Below, piece by piece: positions 1 through 11,956 of a stretch of 64,000 nt of DNA. The DNA is from Cercozoa sp. M6MM (taxonomy: Eukaryota > Protista > Endomyxa: Ascetosporea): assembly GCA_040357565.1 (NCBI GenBank), contig JBDODJ010000003.1; one strand, written 5' to 3'. The notes beneath the pieces were generated by a model. The model did no database searches. It was given only the letters and a program-made list of their open reading frames with translations, and was not told the origin of the DNA. The position numbers and the translations under genes were made by a program. The stretch's first letter is position 1, and every line of letters starts with the position of its first letter.

Positions 1-3000
1 GGCAAGGTACTTTTGCTTCATGTATCTAGATCTATCCATCTATTTATCTATCTATATTTATAGTATATATATATATATATATGTATATATAGATATATAT
101 GCATATACTTATGTATCTCCTTGTAAATATAGATGTGTATGTATGCGTATGGCGTGTCTAGTGGTACGACGACCACCCACGCGGCGTCGACGGTCGTCGC
201 TCCAGTTGGCACGTGCGCCGGATCACTGGTGCCGTGTGACTGACCTGATGGTGTCACACTTCTCCCAGTCACCGTCCTTCAACACTGCGCACTCGCCTCG
301 CTCACCTCGCTCGCCCCGACCGGTCAGTTGCTGTCTCGTTGCCTGTTTCTGTATTTCTCTGAAACCCACGGTATAGACTAGTGACCGATCGAGAGGCTAC
401 TCGGGTGACCACTCGAGTGACAGCACAAGCGATCACTCGGTGCACAAGTGGCAGTTGCAACTGGCGTCGGCGCAACTCACGCTGGCACCGGCTGTTGCGT
501 ACCTTACCCCTTCCTTTTAGTCCCCTCTTACCCCCTCTTTACTCCCCTTGTTACTCCCTTGTTACCCCCTCTTTTACCTCTTTCTTTCTTCCATTTACTT
601 CCACCCCGTTTACCCCCCCCCCCCTGCAGGCATGTGTCTGTCGTGTGTGCCGCCGCCTTTGGCTGCCACGAGGTACTGCCACTGCGAGTGGTGCCAGTGG
701 CACCGTCACTCGGGTCGCTGCCTCCGTGTGCACGTGCGGGTGACCACGTGACTGTCGGTGTGGGCGCACTGGCCGTCAAGTGGCACGTGGCACGTGCCTT
801 GGACTACGACTCGAAGGACATGCTGCTGTCACGCGCGTTGCACTGCGACGGTGTGCTGCGACAACTGCAGGTGCACGCGCACGTGCGACGGCTGCTGCAC
901 GTGCCACACTGCCGAGTGTCGGCGTGCCTGGGTCACACCGTCTCGATCGACCCGTCACTGAAGCCACGTGTCTCACTGACGGTTAAGCAGCCGATCCAAG
1001 TGGCTCTGGACGCGCACTCGTTGCTCGGTGTGGCACGTGTCACCTCGCACGTGCGCATTTTGGCACGTGCACTGACGCGCGCACTGTCACGTGCTCAGTC
1101 AGGCTCGGCCGAGTTGGCACGTGGCAGCGCCACTGGGTCCGCTCGGAGTGATTCGACTCGGAGTGACGACAGCCTGCCCTGGCAGCGCGCAGTGTGGCAC
1201 TCCAGCGTGGCCGTGTCGCTGCCGGTGACGCACGTGACACTGGTCCAGTGCAACGACGGTTCGAACACGTGCACGTGGTCACTGCCCACCGTCAGTGTAG
1301 CCAGTGATCAGGAGTCGCCCGAGCTGCGCGTGACAACGAGCGGCGACGCGCTCGAGTGCGACGTCACCGTGGCTACGGTGCCGCACAAGCTGATCCTCAA
1401 GGGAACCGTCGCACGTGGCGCACTCACCGTCACCCACGCTGCTGTGGTCGCTCTGACCGAGTTGATGTCGGTGCTGCCACGTGCCAGCCGGCCTGCCGAC
1501 TCCGCCGCCTCGGACGGACCTCGGCTGCGTGTCATCACTGATGTGACGGTGCGACGGTTTCAGGTGACACTGGAGCCTCCACTGGAGTCACGTGGCGGCC
1601 TGTCAGGTGAGTACACTCTGAGAGTACCAACGTGCACACTGATACCCTTGATCTTCCCGTAGAAGGCGAGCCCGGCAGAGTGAGCATCGAGAGTACGGAC
1701 ACGACGATCACGAGAGACTCCTTGCGTCGACTCTCCAGTGTGCGACTCGGCTCACTGACGGTGCAGCACGTGCGCACTGACGGTGAGGCGACCGTGACGC
1801 CCGTGTTGGCAACGGCACTGACGGTGTGGTCACTCGACTCGTCTGGCACGGCGTCGCTGCAGTGCGCGCGGCCTCTGCGCGTGTGCGTCTGGCCGTCGCT
1901 GCTGACGTCGCTGGTGCGACTGCTGCGTCCGCTGGGACGTCGCGCCAGTGACCACGTGTCCACTGACCACGTGCCCAGTGAGCGACGGTTTCTCGAAGTG
2001 TCACTGGGCGAGGTGAGCATCGTGGCACGTGCCAGGCCACAGCACACCGACAGTGTGGTCTCGCTGCACTGGCGACGACTCGCGCACAGTCGCGGACGCT
2101 TGCTGCTGCAGCAGTGCCAGCTGCGAATCAACGATCAACCGTGTTTCGAGTCGTCTGTGACACTCGCACTCGCTCGCGACGGTTCCGAAACCGTCATGGA
2201 CCGGGTCGTCGTGCGAGCCACATTGACACAACTGACGACCTTGCTGGCACTGACACATGATTTGACACGTGACTTGGCACGTGCACGTGGCCACGTGACG
2301 CACCGTCGCACTCACACCGACACCGTCGCTGTCACTGAGAGCGAGACGGAGAAGTGGACGGTGTGCGTGCCAGGTGTCTCACTGCACCTCGATCAGTGGC
2401 ACCTGCAGCTGCGCCACGTGACAGTGTCTCCGTCGCACACGTGCCTTCAGTCGGCAGTGGCCACGTGCGATCAGGTGACGGTGCTGCGACTAGGCGTTGC
2501 TGATCTCGAGTCTGCCACACCGCCTCTGGGTGACACATCGTCCGGCGAGTCACGCGAGTTGCTCACACTCACCAGTGAGGCACCGGCACTCACCGTCAGT
2601 GCCACTGATCGCCGGATCAACGCCACCGTACTGCACGTGGCTCTCACACCGCACGTGCTGTCGCAGTTGCGTCGCACCGTCCGCGCACTTCGCTTCGATC
2701 GCCAAAGCGACGTCGCTTCGGCCAAAGCGAGCGAATCGAACCGCGAACGAAACTGGACGGTTTCTGTCGACGAATTGTCGTGCCACTTGGGCCGATCCGA
2801 GGTATTTCATGTCGATTTCATTCTTTCTGTGCTGCGGCAGTAGTGAACTTTCGCAGGAAGTCAGGATAGCTTTGGCGAATTTCGAAATCGAAGTTGCTTC
2901 GAAAGCGATGCGACTCGAGTGCGCTTCGGCAAAGCTTTCGCAGACGAGTGAGTTGCTTTCGCTCGAGCGAGTCGTTCTCTCCGAGGATCGACGCGACTTG

Positions 3001-6000
3001 AGCGAACGTGTGATCACAGCGACGTGCGACACTGCTTCGTGCGACGCAGTGACGCTCAAACAGCGATGGCTCGGCATTCGCAACTGTTTAAACAACCCTG
3101 ATGAGAGGTACTTTCGCTTTTCACTTTACCATCGCTTTACTTTCGCATCTCTATGTGCTTTTGCTTCAGCGAAAGTGCTTCCGCTGAAAGCGTTGCGAAA
3201 AGCGACGAAAGCAGGTCGAAATCGCAGGACGAATGCACTCAGGATGATCTGATGGGTCATCAGGCGCACGTGCTCTCTGTCACTCGCTCTGCCTCTGGTA
3301 TCCAGTGGCACTACAGTCACCCACGTGCTGTGACACGCTGCGATGCACCGCACGCTGCTCGTCTCTTTGTTTTCGATGAACACAGCGATCGCTGGCGACG
3401 CTTCAATCACGCGCGACGTCACATCTACGCGAAGCGCTTTCGACTCGAAGTGCTTCGCGAAGCAATTTCAAAGCACGGCGAAATTACTTCGAAACAGAGC
3501 GAAATCACTTTGAAACAAAGCGAAACCACTTCAAAACAAAGCGAAACCACTTCAAAGCAAAGCGGAATTACTTCGAAACAAAGCGAAATTACTTCAAGGC
3601 AAAGCGATATCATTTTGAAACAAAGCGAAACAAGCGAAGACAGAGGGAAATCGCTGTCGTCGCCTTCGCTGTCGCTGCAGCACGTGCGAATCGACTCGCG
3701 TCGCAGTGCGCAGACTCAAGTGGCCGTTGCTTTGACTGTGGCGACTGCCCGCGTACGCGTGCACGAGTCACTGCCGCATGTGGAGTTAGCACACGTCAAC
3801 TCGCGTCTGCGCACGTGGTCGAGTGACCTGGCAGAGACGACAGGTGGCATGTGTGCACGTGTGAGTTCCCGATCAGTCGTACTGGGCGACGGTTCAGTGA
3901 TCGGCGCGCGCGATGTGACGGTGTCGGCGGCACGTGCCAGTGAGTCGCATGGTGAACACGTGCCGGTCGAGTTGCAGAGTGCCAGCGACGCGTGGACACT
4001 CGACGCGCAGCTCGCGCATCTGCAGACGACGCTGAGCGACGCTTCGGTAGTTTACCCCCCCCCCCCCCCCCCCCCTTTCCCCCCCCCCCCCCCGCAGATG
4101 CAGCGCAAGTGGCTCGCGCCGACGGCGCTGACGCTGCGAAACGAGAGTGACGGTTGCGTGCGCCTGGAGTGCAGGTCGGTCGATGATGTCGAGACGGTGA
4201 CCAGTGTGACTGTGTCCGCGCGGAGCGAGGCGCAGGTGCCGCTGTCGTCGGCGCTGCTGTCGCTGCGACTGGCGGCGGCGACATCGCGCACGCCATGGTT
4301 TCGCTACGCACCCGGACAGATCGTGTGTTTCTCCAGTGGTCACACTGACTGTGACCCTGTCACTGACGGTGTGATTGATGGTGATCGCACTGATCTCACT
4401 GACGGTGAGAGTGATCACACTGATCGCACCGACGGTGTGGCTGGCAGACTGGCCCGTGTGCTGCGCCAACTCGTGGCGCACACTGCCGGCGACGTGATGC
4501 GACTCGTGCCGCGCGTGCGCACGACCGACTGCTCGCTGCGACAGGTTCTGCGCCACGTGGCGCCACGTGTTACTATCACCGACACTGACGGTGACCAGGT
4601 ATCATCTAACCTGACTGGAGGGGCAGTGTGAGATGGGTCAACTACCTTGTGAGACGGTGTGGTATGCAGGAAGTGCTGTCGCACGTGATGGCGTCGCTGC
4701 GCTGGCCCTTTACAGCCACACCGTCGCCATTGATCGCTGAGTCATCAGTGACGGTGTGGCACGTGACTCGGCACACGTGTCTGCAGCTGCGCAACGAGCT
4801 GCCAGTGGCGGTGTGCGTGGCTGCGCGGACTGTCGCACCGGGCGACTCGATCGACTGGCTACACACTGCTGATCTTGATGATGCCACTGAGTGCGACGGT
4901 GCAACTGACGTTGTGACTGACGGTGTGTCATTGGTGATCAATGACAGCGTGACGCAGCTGCCGTCGCTGATGCGCGTGGCGACGCTGCCGATTGATGTTG
5001 TGTGTCTCACACTGCCGCTGCTGTCTATGCACACCGACGGTGCTACCGAGACTGATCGAGACGGTGATCAGGGTGATCATAATGGTGATCGCAACGGTGA
5101 TCGGAGTGATCATAACGGTGTCACTGGCACCGACACGTGCGTGTACCTGCGACTGCAGCGACAGGCAGCACTGGCGCGTCTGCAGGCGCCGCTGCTCGTG
5201 AGTGCCGACGACGCCTGCCGCTCCTGGCTCCGCACTGTCACGCTGCGCGACGTACCTTGGCCCTTTAACCATCCATACTGCACCCTTAACTATCCACACT
5301 GCACCCTTAACCATCTACACTGCCCCCTAACCATTCACACTGCCCTCTTGACCATGAGACACCGTAGTCGACGCCACTACCTCTGGTGGACGATATGTTG
5401 TGTCTGCTGCGACGACCAGACTGCGTGGTAGCCTTGTTCCTGACCCCTTACCCTACACCCCTTACCCCTACACCCTTACCCCAACGCAGCGGTTCGGAGA
5501 CTTCCTGCTGGAGCTGCCTCATGTGGCCCATGTGGCCGAATCGACGCAGTGTCCCAGGACAGCCACATTAACTGAGGAGACTCCGGTCCTACAGCCCGTG
5601 CACGCTAGTCGGACGATTAGCAGCACCGGCGTCGTGCTGTGTACTGATCGGTACCGTCAGCACGTGCACTTGCGTGCTGCCGTGGTCTGTTGGAACGCCT
5701 TGGACGACGCAGTCGTTGTGCTCAACGAAAGTGTCGCCGTCACTCCGCTGTATCTGCCTGCTGTTTCACCCTTACCCCTTCCCTACCCCCTCTTCTACCC
5801 CCCTGGTGGCAGGTCCTCGGTGAACGCGTGCGTGACGGAGCCGGCGGCGTGGCTGACGAATCTCTCACTCCGCGTCAAGTGCGACGACACCGAGGTGCAG
5901 GCCGTGGCTACACTGACGGTGGATGCGCACGTGCCAGTGCTGGTGCTGCCACGTAAACCGTCGGTGGTCACCGTGCAGACCTGGTCGCACGGTGGTCAGT

Positions 6001-8139
6001 TGCACGTGGCTGTGCGGCGTGTGTCGGCGCCAGTGCTACTGCGCAACCGTCTGGGTGCCGGACACGTGCTGTCGCACGCCTCGCTGATCCCGGTGTCGCA
6101 CGTGGCGGTGCCAAAGCACTCGTCGCCGACGGTGATGTGGAGCACGCCGATCACACCGTGCCAGTCACGTGTGCTGTCACTGACCGCACTGCGTGAGTTG
6201 GGTCTGCTGGAGCTGTGCACATGCCAGGCCAGACTGCAGTCGGCAGCCTTCCACGTGCAGCTGCACCTCGAGGTATCAGTGACACCGTCCGACTCAGTGG
6301 CACCGTCAGCGGGATCATCAGAATTATTGGTGACCCACGTAACTGCCATCATCAGCGACGATCGACCCGAGTGGCGCGGTGACACAGTGACGGTGCGACT
6401 GGTGCGACGCGGTATCACACGTGTCATCGATGTCACGCCGACCCCAGCTGCCTCGCCGGTCTCCAGCACTCGGTACACAGTTGATCTCGCTCGTTGATCT
6501 CTCTCAGTGAGAACCGTGACTGATCTGTGAACATGTGACTGGACTGAGGGTAGAAGGAAACCGTCGACACAAGCGTCAGTGACGGTGCGGCAGTGGCGCT
6601 GCGACTTGGGTCAAATCGACCTGCGGCACCGCGCGTCGCTGCGGCACGTGTTGTCGCTGCACGTGTCCGACCTGTGCGCACGTGTCGATCGCAGTGGTAT
6701 CACCGTCACTGATGCCGGTGATCACTGTGACAGTGTGCGTGAGTGAGTGTGTCAGCAGGACTGGACCTGTCGACCAGTCGCGTGCAGCTGGACGACATGT
6801 GTCTCACGCGTCTCTCGTCAGCACAGGCCGTCGTGTTCCACTCGCGCTCGCTGCAGCTGACGGTGCTGCGTGACACATGTACCGAGACCGTCACCACTGA
6901 CACTGACACTTGTGACCCAGAGAGTGACGGTGCGAGTCGACTGGGCCATGTGCGACACGTGGCACTCCGCGTGGCGCCCTTCGTGGCCGACGTGCGCGCG
7001 CACTGGCTGCGTCAGGTGCAGCACGTGTTGCAGGCTGGAGTGATCACCGCCAGTGGCACCGTCGCTGACTGTGCTACTGATACCACTGCTAATACCAGTG
7101 TTGAAGCAGCACGTGCCGTGCCAGTGCCGCCGCAGATCGTCGAGGCCGCTGCTGCCAACGGTGCCTGTGGTACCATCCATCTATCATCTCACTCAGTGAC
7201 TGACGGTTCCTCTGTCGATCGGTGTGTGATCGATCAGAGGACCCACGTGTGGTGGTGGATTGCGTGGTGGTGGCGCCACTCAGTGGCACCGTGTCGGTGC
7301 ACCTGTCGCGCTTCCATTGGGCCAACGCGACGCGTCTGCCGGTGCGCACGCGGCCGCTGCAGTGCCGCCGACTGGTGGGCGTCCCGGCGCTGCTGCTGCG
7401 TCGCCTGGCGGCCTCGCTGTCCACCGACGCACTACGCCACTCGCCGCACATGATCGCTTCCCTGGGTACCCCTGTGCCTCCCTTAAGCTACATAGAATCC
7501 CCCCAGATATCCTAGGCAACCCGGCGGCCATGGCACGTGGTGTACAACGCTCGGTGCAGGCGCGGTCGCTGCGTCACGTCGGCGAGGGCGTGCTGCAGTC
7601 GCTGGCGGCATTGAGTGCCTCGCTGGCACGCACACTCGATGTGCTGGACAGCTCGGGTGCACTGGACGCCTCGGAGGACACCACGGTGGGTCAGCGTGTG
7701 GCACAGCTGCCGCACTCGCTCGTGTCTGGTGTGGTATCGTTCCTTTTCCACCCTCTGCCTGTACCTGGGTATCCTCTTGTCACTGGATACTTGGGTACTG
7801 TGTGCTTTGGGCAGACTGGCGTGGTGACACGTCCTGTGGCTGCTGCTCGCAGTGGCAGTGGCTCTTGGGGCGTCCTGCGTGGTCTCGGCATGGGTCTCGT
7901 CGGTGCCGTGGCCATGCCACTGCGGGCCAGTCTCGATCTCATCTCCACGGTGCGTTCACTGTGTTCTTTTGTCCCTCCGGTTTGTCTGCGGAAGAGTCTG
8001 CAGAAGAGGGAGATGATATGACACTCTGCAGGCTTCCAGTGCGGCTGCTAGCACTGTGCATGGTCGCGACACCGACGAGCGTGGAGATTCGGTCGCCGTG
8101 GAACGCATCGCTTTGCCTAACATGCTGCGCTCGCTGTAG
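1..8139 (+). CDS. VPS13: VPS13-family bulk lipid-transport protein, 3' portion (gene starts before the window), multi-exon
   Basis: About 15 GT-AG introns join long beta-rich exons. The C-terminus has the VPS13/ATG2_C signature: LGNPAAMARGV...VGEGVLQSLAALSASLARTLDVL...GVVTRPVAAARSGSGSWGVLRGLGMGLVGAVAMPLRASLDLIST. An internal LLRNRLG / LQLRNELPV motif is typical of VAB repeats. The inferred last exon ends ...ALPNMLRSL* at TAG 8137-8139. Confidence 0.8.
3465..3630 (+). repeat. 21-bp coding minisatellite (about 7 copies, KQSETTS-like) inside VPS13
   Basis: Unit approximately CGAAA(T/C)(T/C)ACTTC(G/A)AAACAAAG; translates as KHGEITS KQSEITL KQSETTS KQSETTS KQSGITS KQSEITS RQSDIIL. Confidence 0.9.
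5262..5353 (+). repeat. Intronic ~21-bp tandem repeat carrying CCCTTAAC-like motifs
   Basis: About 4-5 copies of CACTGCACCCTTAACCATCCA-like units within the VPS13 intron that starts GTACCTTGG at 5252. Confidence 0.8.
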
Positions 8140-8567
8140 TTTCGTTCGGCTTCCAGCATTCGCACGCAGCTCGTCCCGGCGGCTTGCTTGCTTGGCGCTT
8201 GTTTTCTCTTTGTCTCGGTTTCCTTTCGTTCTTCCCCGAATCCGTCAGTCGCGCTCTAGTTTCAAGTTTCTTTTCCGTTCAGCACGCTGCTAGCCAGCCG
8301 GAGTGGGGGGGGGGGCGTATAAACGAAATCGAGTTTCCGTTTCGTTTGGTTTCTCTTGGCGTTCACGTACGTCAGTCACAAATCAGTTTGTGTAAATTTA
8401 GGTGTTAGGACCGAAACGAAAGGCGCAGCAATTTAAACAGTGGTAGTCATTCCGTTCTTCAGTCTACTCAAGCTCGAGTATCTACCCTGTGTTGAATAGT
8501 CCCAGGCTCCCTGTAGTCGCCTCAGCTTCGTCCACGCGCACCCTGCGTCGCTTTGGTAACATACTTG

Positions 8568-11500
8568 ATGGTGGCTGCGGCATGGGCTGAAACCAGAACC
8601 TCTGTTGTGAATGTCAGTTTACACAGTAGCAGCATCAACGAGCTTCTGCAGGCCAGGGGAGGATATCTAAGATTGAAAATCAAAGATGTGTAACAAGCAC
8701 CATCCCAGCCCGAGTCGGTCTGCTGTACCCGAAAGTCCGAACACACTCACCGACCCGAGGTAGACACGTGGTGCGCCCATGCCAAACACGCCCGCGGCAG
8801 ACACGTGTCGCTCTCGTGCAGGAGGCACCACGCACTCACACTCACACAAGTGTTTTGTTTTGTGTTTGTTTTGTGATTGTATCGATTGATACTGTCCACA
8901 GTCGCCAGAAGCCTGTGCTGACCCTGTCTGTTCGTCGAGTGACCACACATATTCACTGCCACGACAATCCGAGAAGTCTCGACTCTACTCAAACACCCGA
9001 TGTTCTTCCTGCTGTCTCTTCTTTCCGCAACTGCAGCGGCAGCTCGACACTACTGTGTTGTGGGTTCTGGTCCTGTGGGTACGTTGCAGTTACATTGAAC
9101 TCACCTTTGCTTGTTGAATAATAAATTAAAAATCGCTTTAATTTGTTGTGTGTGTGTGAAGGCGCCCTAACCACTCTGAAACTCAGTGCGATACCTCTGG
9201 GACTCTCGAGCCGACCGACCCGAGTCACCGTGTTCGACGGCCGCTTCAACGCCAACTGCGACTATCAACCCCTCACCGAGCAGTGTATCCACGACAGCGC
9301 CGACACGCTCTCCAGTCGCACGCAGGTGCTCACACTGTCGCCCGAGTTCTTTAATTCGATGCCGATGCGCGCGAGAGATGAACTCTGGCCCAATGACGAC
9401 AACTCGCAATACCAGGTACCGTTTTCCGGTTCTTCTTGAAACCATCCCGTTCGTCTAAACTGAGGGGCACTGTGTCAACAGTCCCAAGACGCGATGCTGC
9501 GCGCCATGTCGGAAGCGCAGCGTTCCTGGCAGCAGTGCCCGACCACGACGTGGGCACGCGAGCGTCGCGCCCCCACCGGCAAGCTGCAGCGCGCACTCTG
9601 GCGCTCTGCTGTGCTGGACTCCGGCCTCCCGATCACGGCACGCAAGCAGGTAGGCTTATCGGCAGGAAACTTGTTCAAATAGTGCTCTGCAGAAGATGTG
9701 CAATGTATTGTCGGTCGCAGTACGTGTCGCGAGAAGAGGGCACCGGCAAAAACCAGAACGGCCCACTGGAACTCGAGCGAGCGCAGTGCGACGTCATCAT
9801 CGACGCCAGTGGTTCGCGTGCCGTGATGCGCCAATCGCACGAGCAGAAACGTCTGGCTGGACCGAGTGGCGGCGATGCCGGCAGTGCACTCGTGCTGACC
9901 TTCAAACTGAACCCACAGGACCGCTTCGGCTCCGATGCGATGCGACCCTTCGTGGTCAGTCGCGATGCCATGGAGCAGGCAGGCATTCAACCGGAGCGAG
10001 CCTTCTTCCTGTACGCCAACACTCAGGAGGCAGACGCGTCGCTCATCTTCTTCACTGGTGAGCACGACCTGCCTGGCAGTGACACCTTCCTGCAGCCGGG
10101 GTCGGAGAGTCACTTCTCGTGGACCAGCCGTGCCACCGAGCTGTTGGGAGACCAAGGAGTCAACGCTGTCACATTCGGCGACACGCTCGCAACGTCGTAC
10201 GTCAAGGCACAGCAGAGGCATGACGCACCTGACGCTGCCCACCTAATCGACAGAGTGTGCCGACGTGTCCACCGACTCATGTCTTCCTTGGCTCAGCAAG
10301 CGTATCCCAGGGGCGTCCCGGCCGACCTGATGGACGCTGTTGTGGGCACCCACTGCGATAAGGTAGCTTACACCTCTCCAACAGAGCACTCTGTATCCTG
10401 GGTGAATTGAACTCGATTTGTGAACAGGTGAAGGCGACACTGGCACCTCGCTTCAATGGCTGGTACAGCACTGCCGTCGACTTCCTCCACCTCGAAAGCA
10501 CTGGCGGCACTGTGCCAATCTTTTTCGTCGGCGACACTCTGGTAAATTCGCCGTACTGACTCTGCCTCCCGGTCTCGTCGTCGTGTGACGGATAGAATGT
10601 GTGATCATGGAGGATGTGAGTTTGGATGGGGTTGTGTGTGAAGGGAGGAACCGACTTCCGGCACCGTCTCAACATCAATCGCGGCGTGCGTCATCTGAAC
10701 CGCCTGATGCCAGATTCGACCGGCCATTTCACCGGGTTCGACTACATTGTCCAAGGACACGACGCTGAGCATGCAGCATGGCACGTCAATGACGACTGGT
10801 ATGCGTTGGCCGCGTCCGACATTGCGACCGTGCTGAGTGAGTCTTTCTGTCTATACCTGTGTGGGGGTGACTGGTTAGTACAAACAAGAAATGGGGTTGA
10901 GTGCTTGACTGCCATGCAGGTGGAAACTACGCTCCGCAGCGACACATGGACTACTACAGCACGGTGGCCCACGCGACCTACGACGACTGGCTGCGTGCTG
11001 GCTGCCAGACGCGAGAGCAAATGGTAGCATGCATTTCAATCATATAATTTGTTCACTGTGGATGACTTCGTGTGGACTGCACAGATCTCGTCGCAGGTGT
11101 CGACGCCTCGCATTCCTCTGCAGGGCTGGCTCGATCGAGTGACGCACGTGGAGTACTGTCGCGACGACCCTGTCACTGGCCGACAGTGCCTGCCCCTGCA
11201 GCGCAGCGAACAACGGGCCGTGATGGATGCTCTGTCACACCCGAACTACCACTTCGTCAAGGTCGACAGTCCGTTCACACCAGGCCACAGTGTCACGGCC
11301 AACCTGCGACACCTGTGGGACAGTCCCAAGGAACTCCGGTCGCCCGACGTGACCACGAATCGGCGTCGCAACAATGTGGCAGTTCGCATGGTTCCCGTGC
11401 AAGGCCATCGTGGCTTGGTGGAGTTCCAGTATCACTACGGAGGCGTATGGACCGCTTTTGGTCGCTCGCAACGTGCTTGGCGCCAACAGTGCCTGTTCAC

Positions 11501-11636
11501 GGCCAGTCTGACATGCTCGGTGACAGCGGGACCACCCTCAAACCAAGAGGTCTACTTGGTCAACACGCCGCGACTGCGGCGACTTCCCTTCGTCGGCAGC
11601 CACGGCACCGAGTACCTTCTGTTCCAAGGGCGCTAA
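8568..11636 (+). CDS. FAD-dependent oxidoreductase/monooxygenase-like protein (start uncertain)
   Basis: Splicing at 9079 reconstructs a Rossmann motif HYCVVGSGPV|GALTTLKL. Later motifs are CDVIIDASGSRAVMR (DG motif) and VPIFFVGDTL (GD motif). Ends ...YLLFQGR* at TAA 11634-11636. Confidence 0.7.
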
Positions 11637-11715
11637 AATGGTCCAACGCCGACTAAATCAAACTGGAGTACTCGATTGTTTTATTGTTGCTACAACAGTC
11701 AAACTCAGCGATACA

Positions 11716-11810
11716 GCCAACTAAACGGCTAACGTTTCCCGGTGCCGGTCCTGGGAGGGTCACAAGCGTGATCCACCGCCGGCTTAGGGTGGTACCCGAC
11801 CGTACGATAT
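11716..11810 (+). repeat. Dispersed structured element, copy A
   Basis: Similar to 63739-63822 (+) and 43043-43140 (-). Shared pieces: CCAACTAA, TTCCC, GGGTCACAAG, CCACCGCCGGCTTAGGGTGG, GACCRTACGATA. Confidence 0.6.
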
Positions 11811-11956
11811 TGACGATAGGCCAACATACCATTAGCAGTAGCTTTCCCCGACCGCGATTAGCGTAGCCGAGCTGTGCATACGCTAGATCTACTATATACG
11901 GTACATTGATGCCGAATGGCCGTGCTAGTGCGTGGGATACGAAGCCTGGCCGGGTG

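Noticed and set aside
11757-11770. GGTCACAAGC resembling the twister ribozyme P4 loop
   Set aside because: The matching pseudoknot partner (GAGUG) and P1/P2 arrangement are missing. It is retained only as an unclassified structured repeat.
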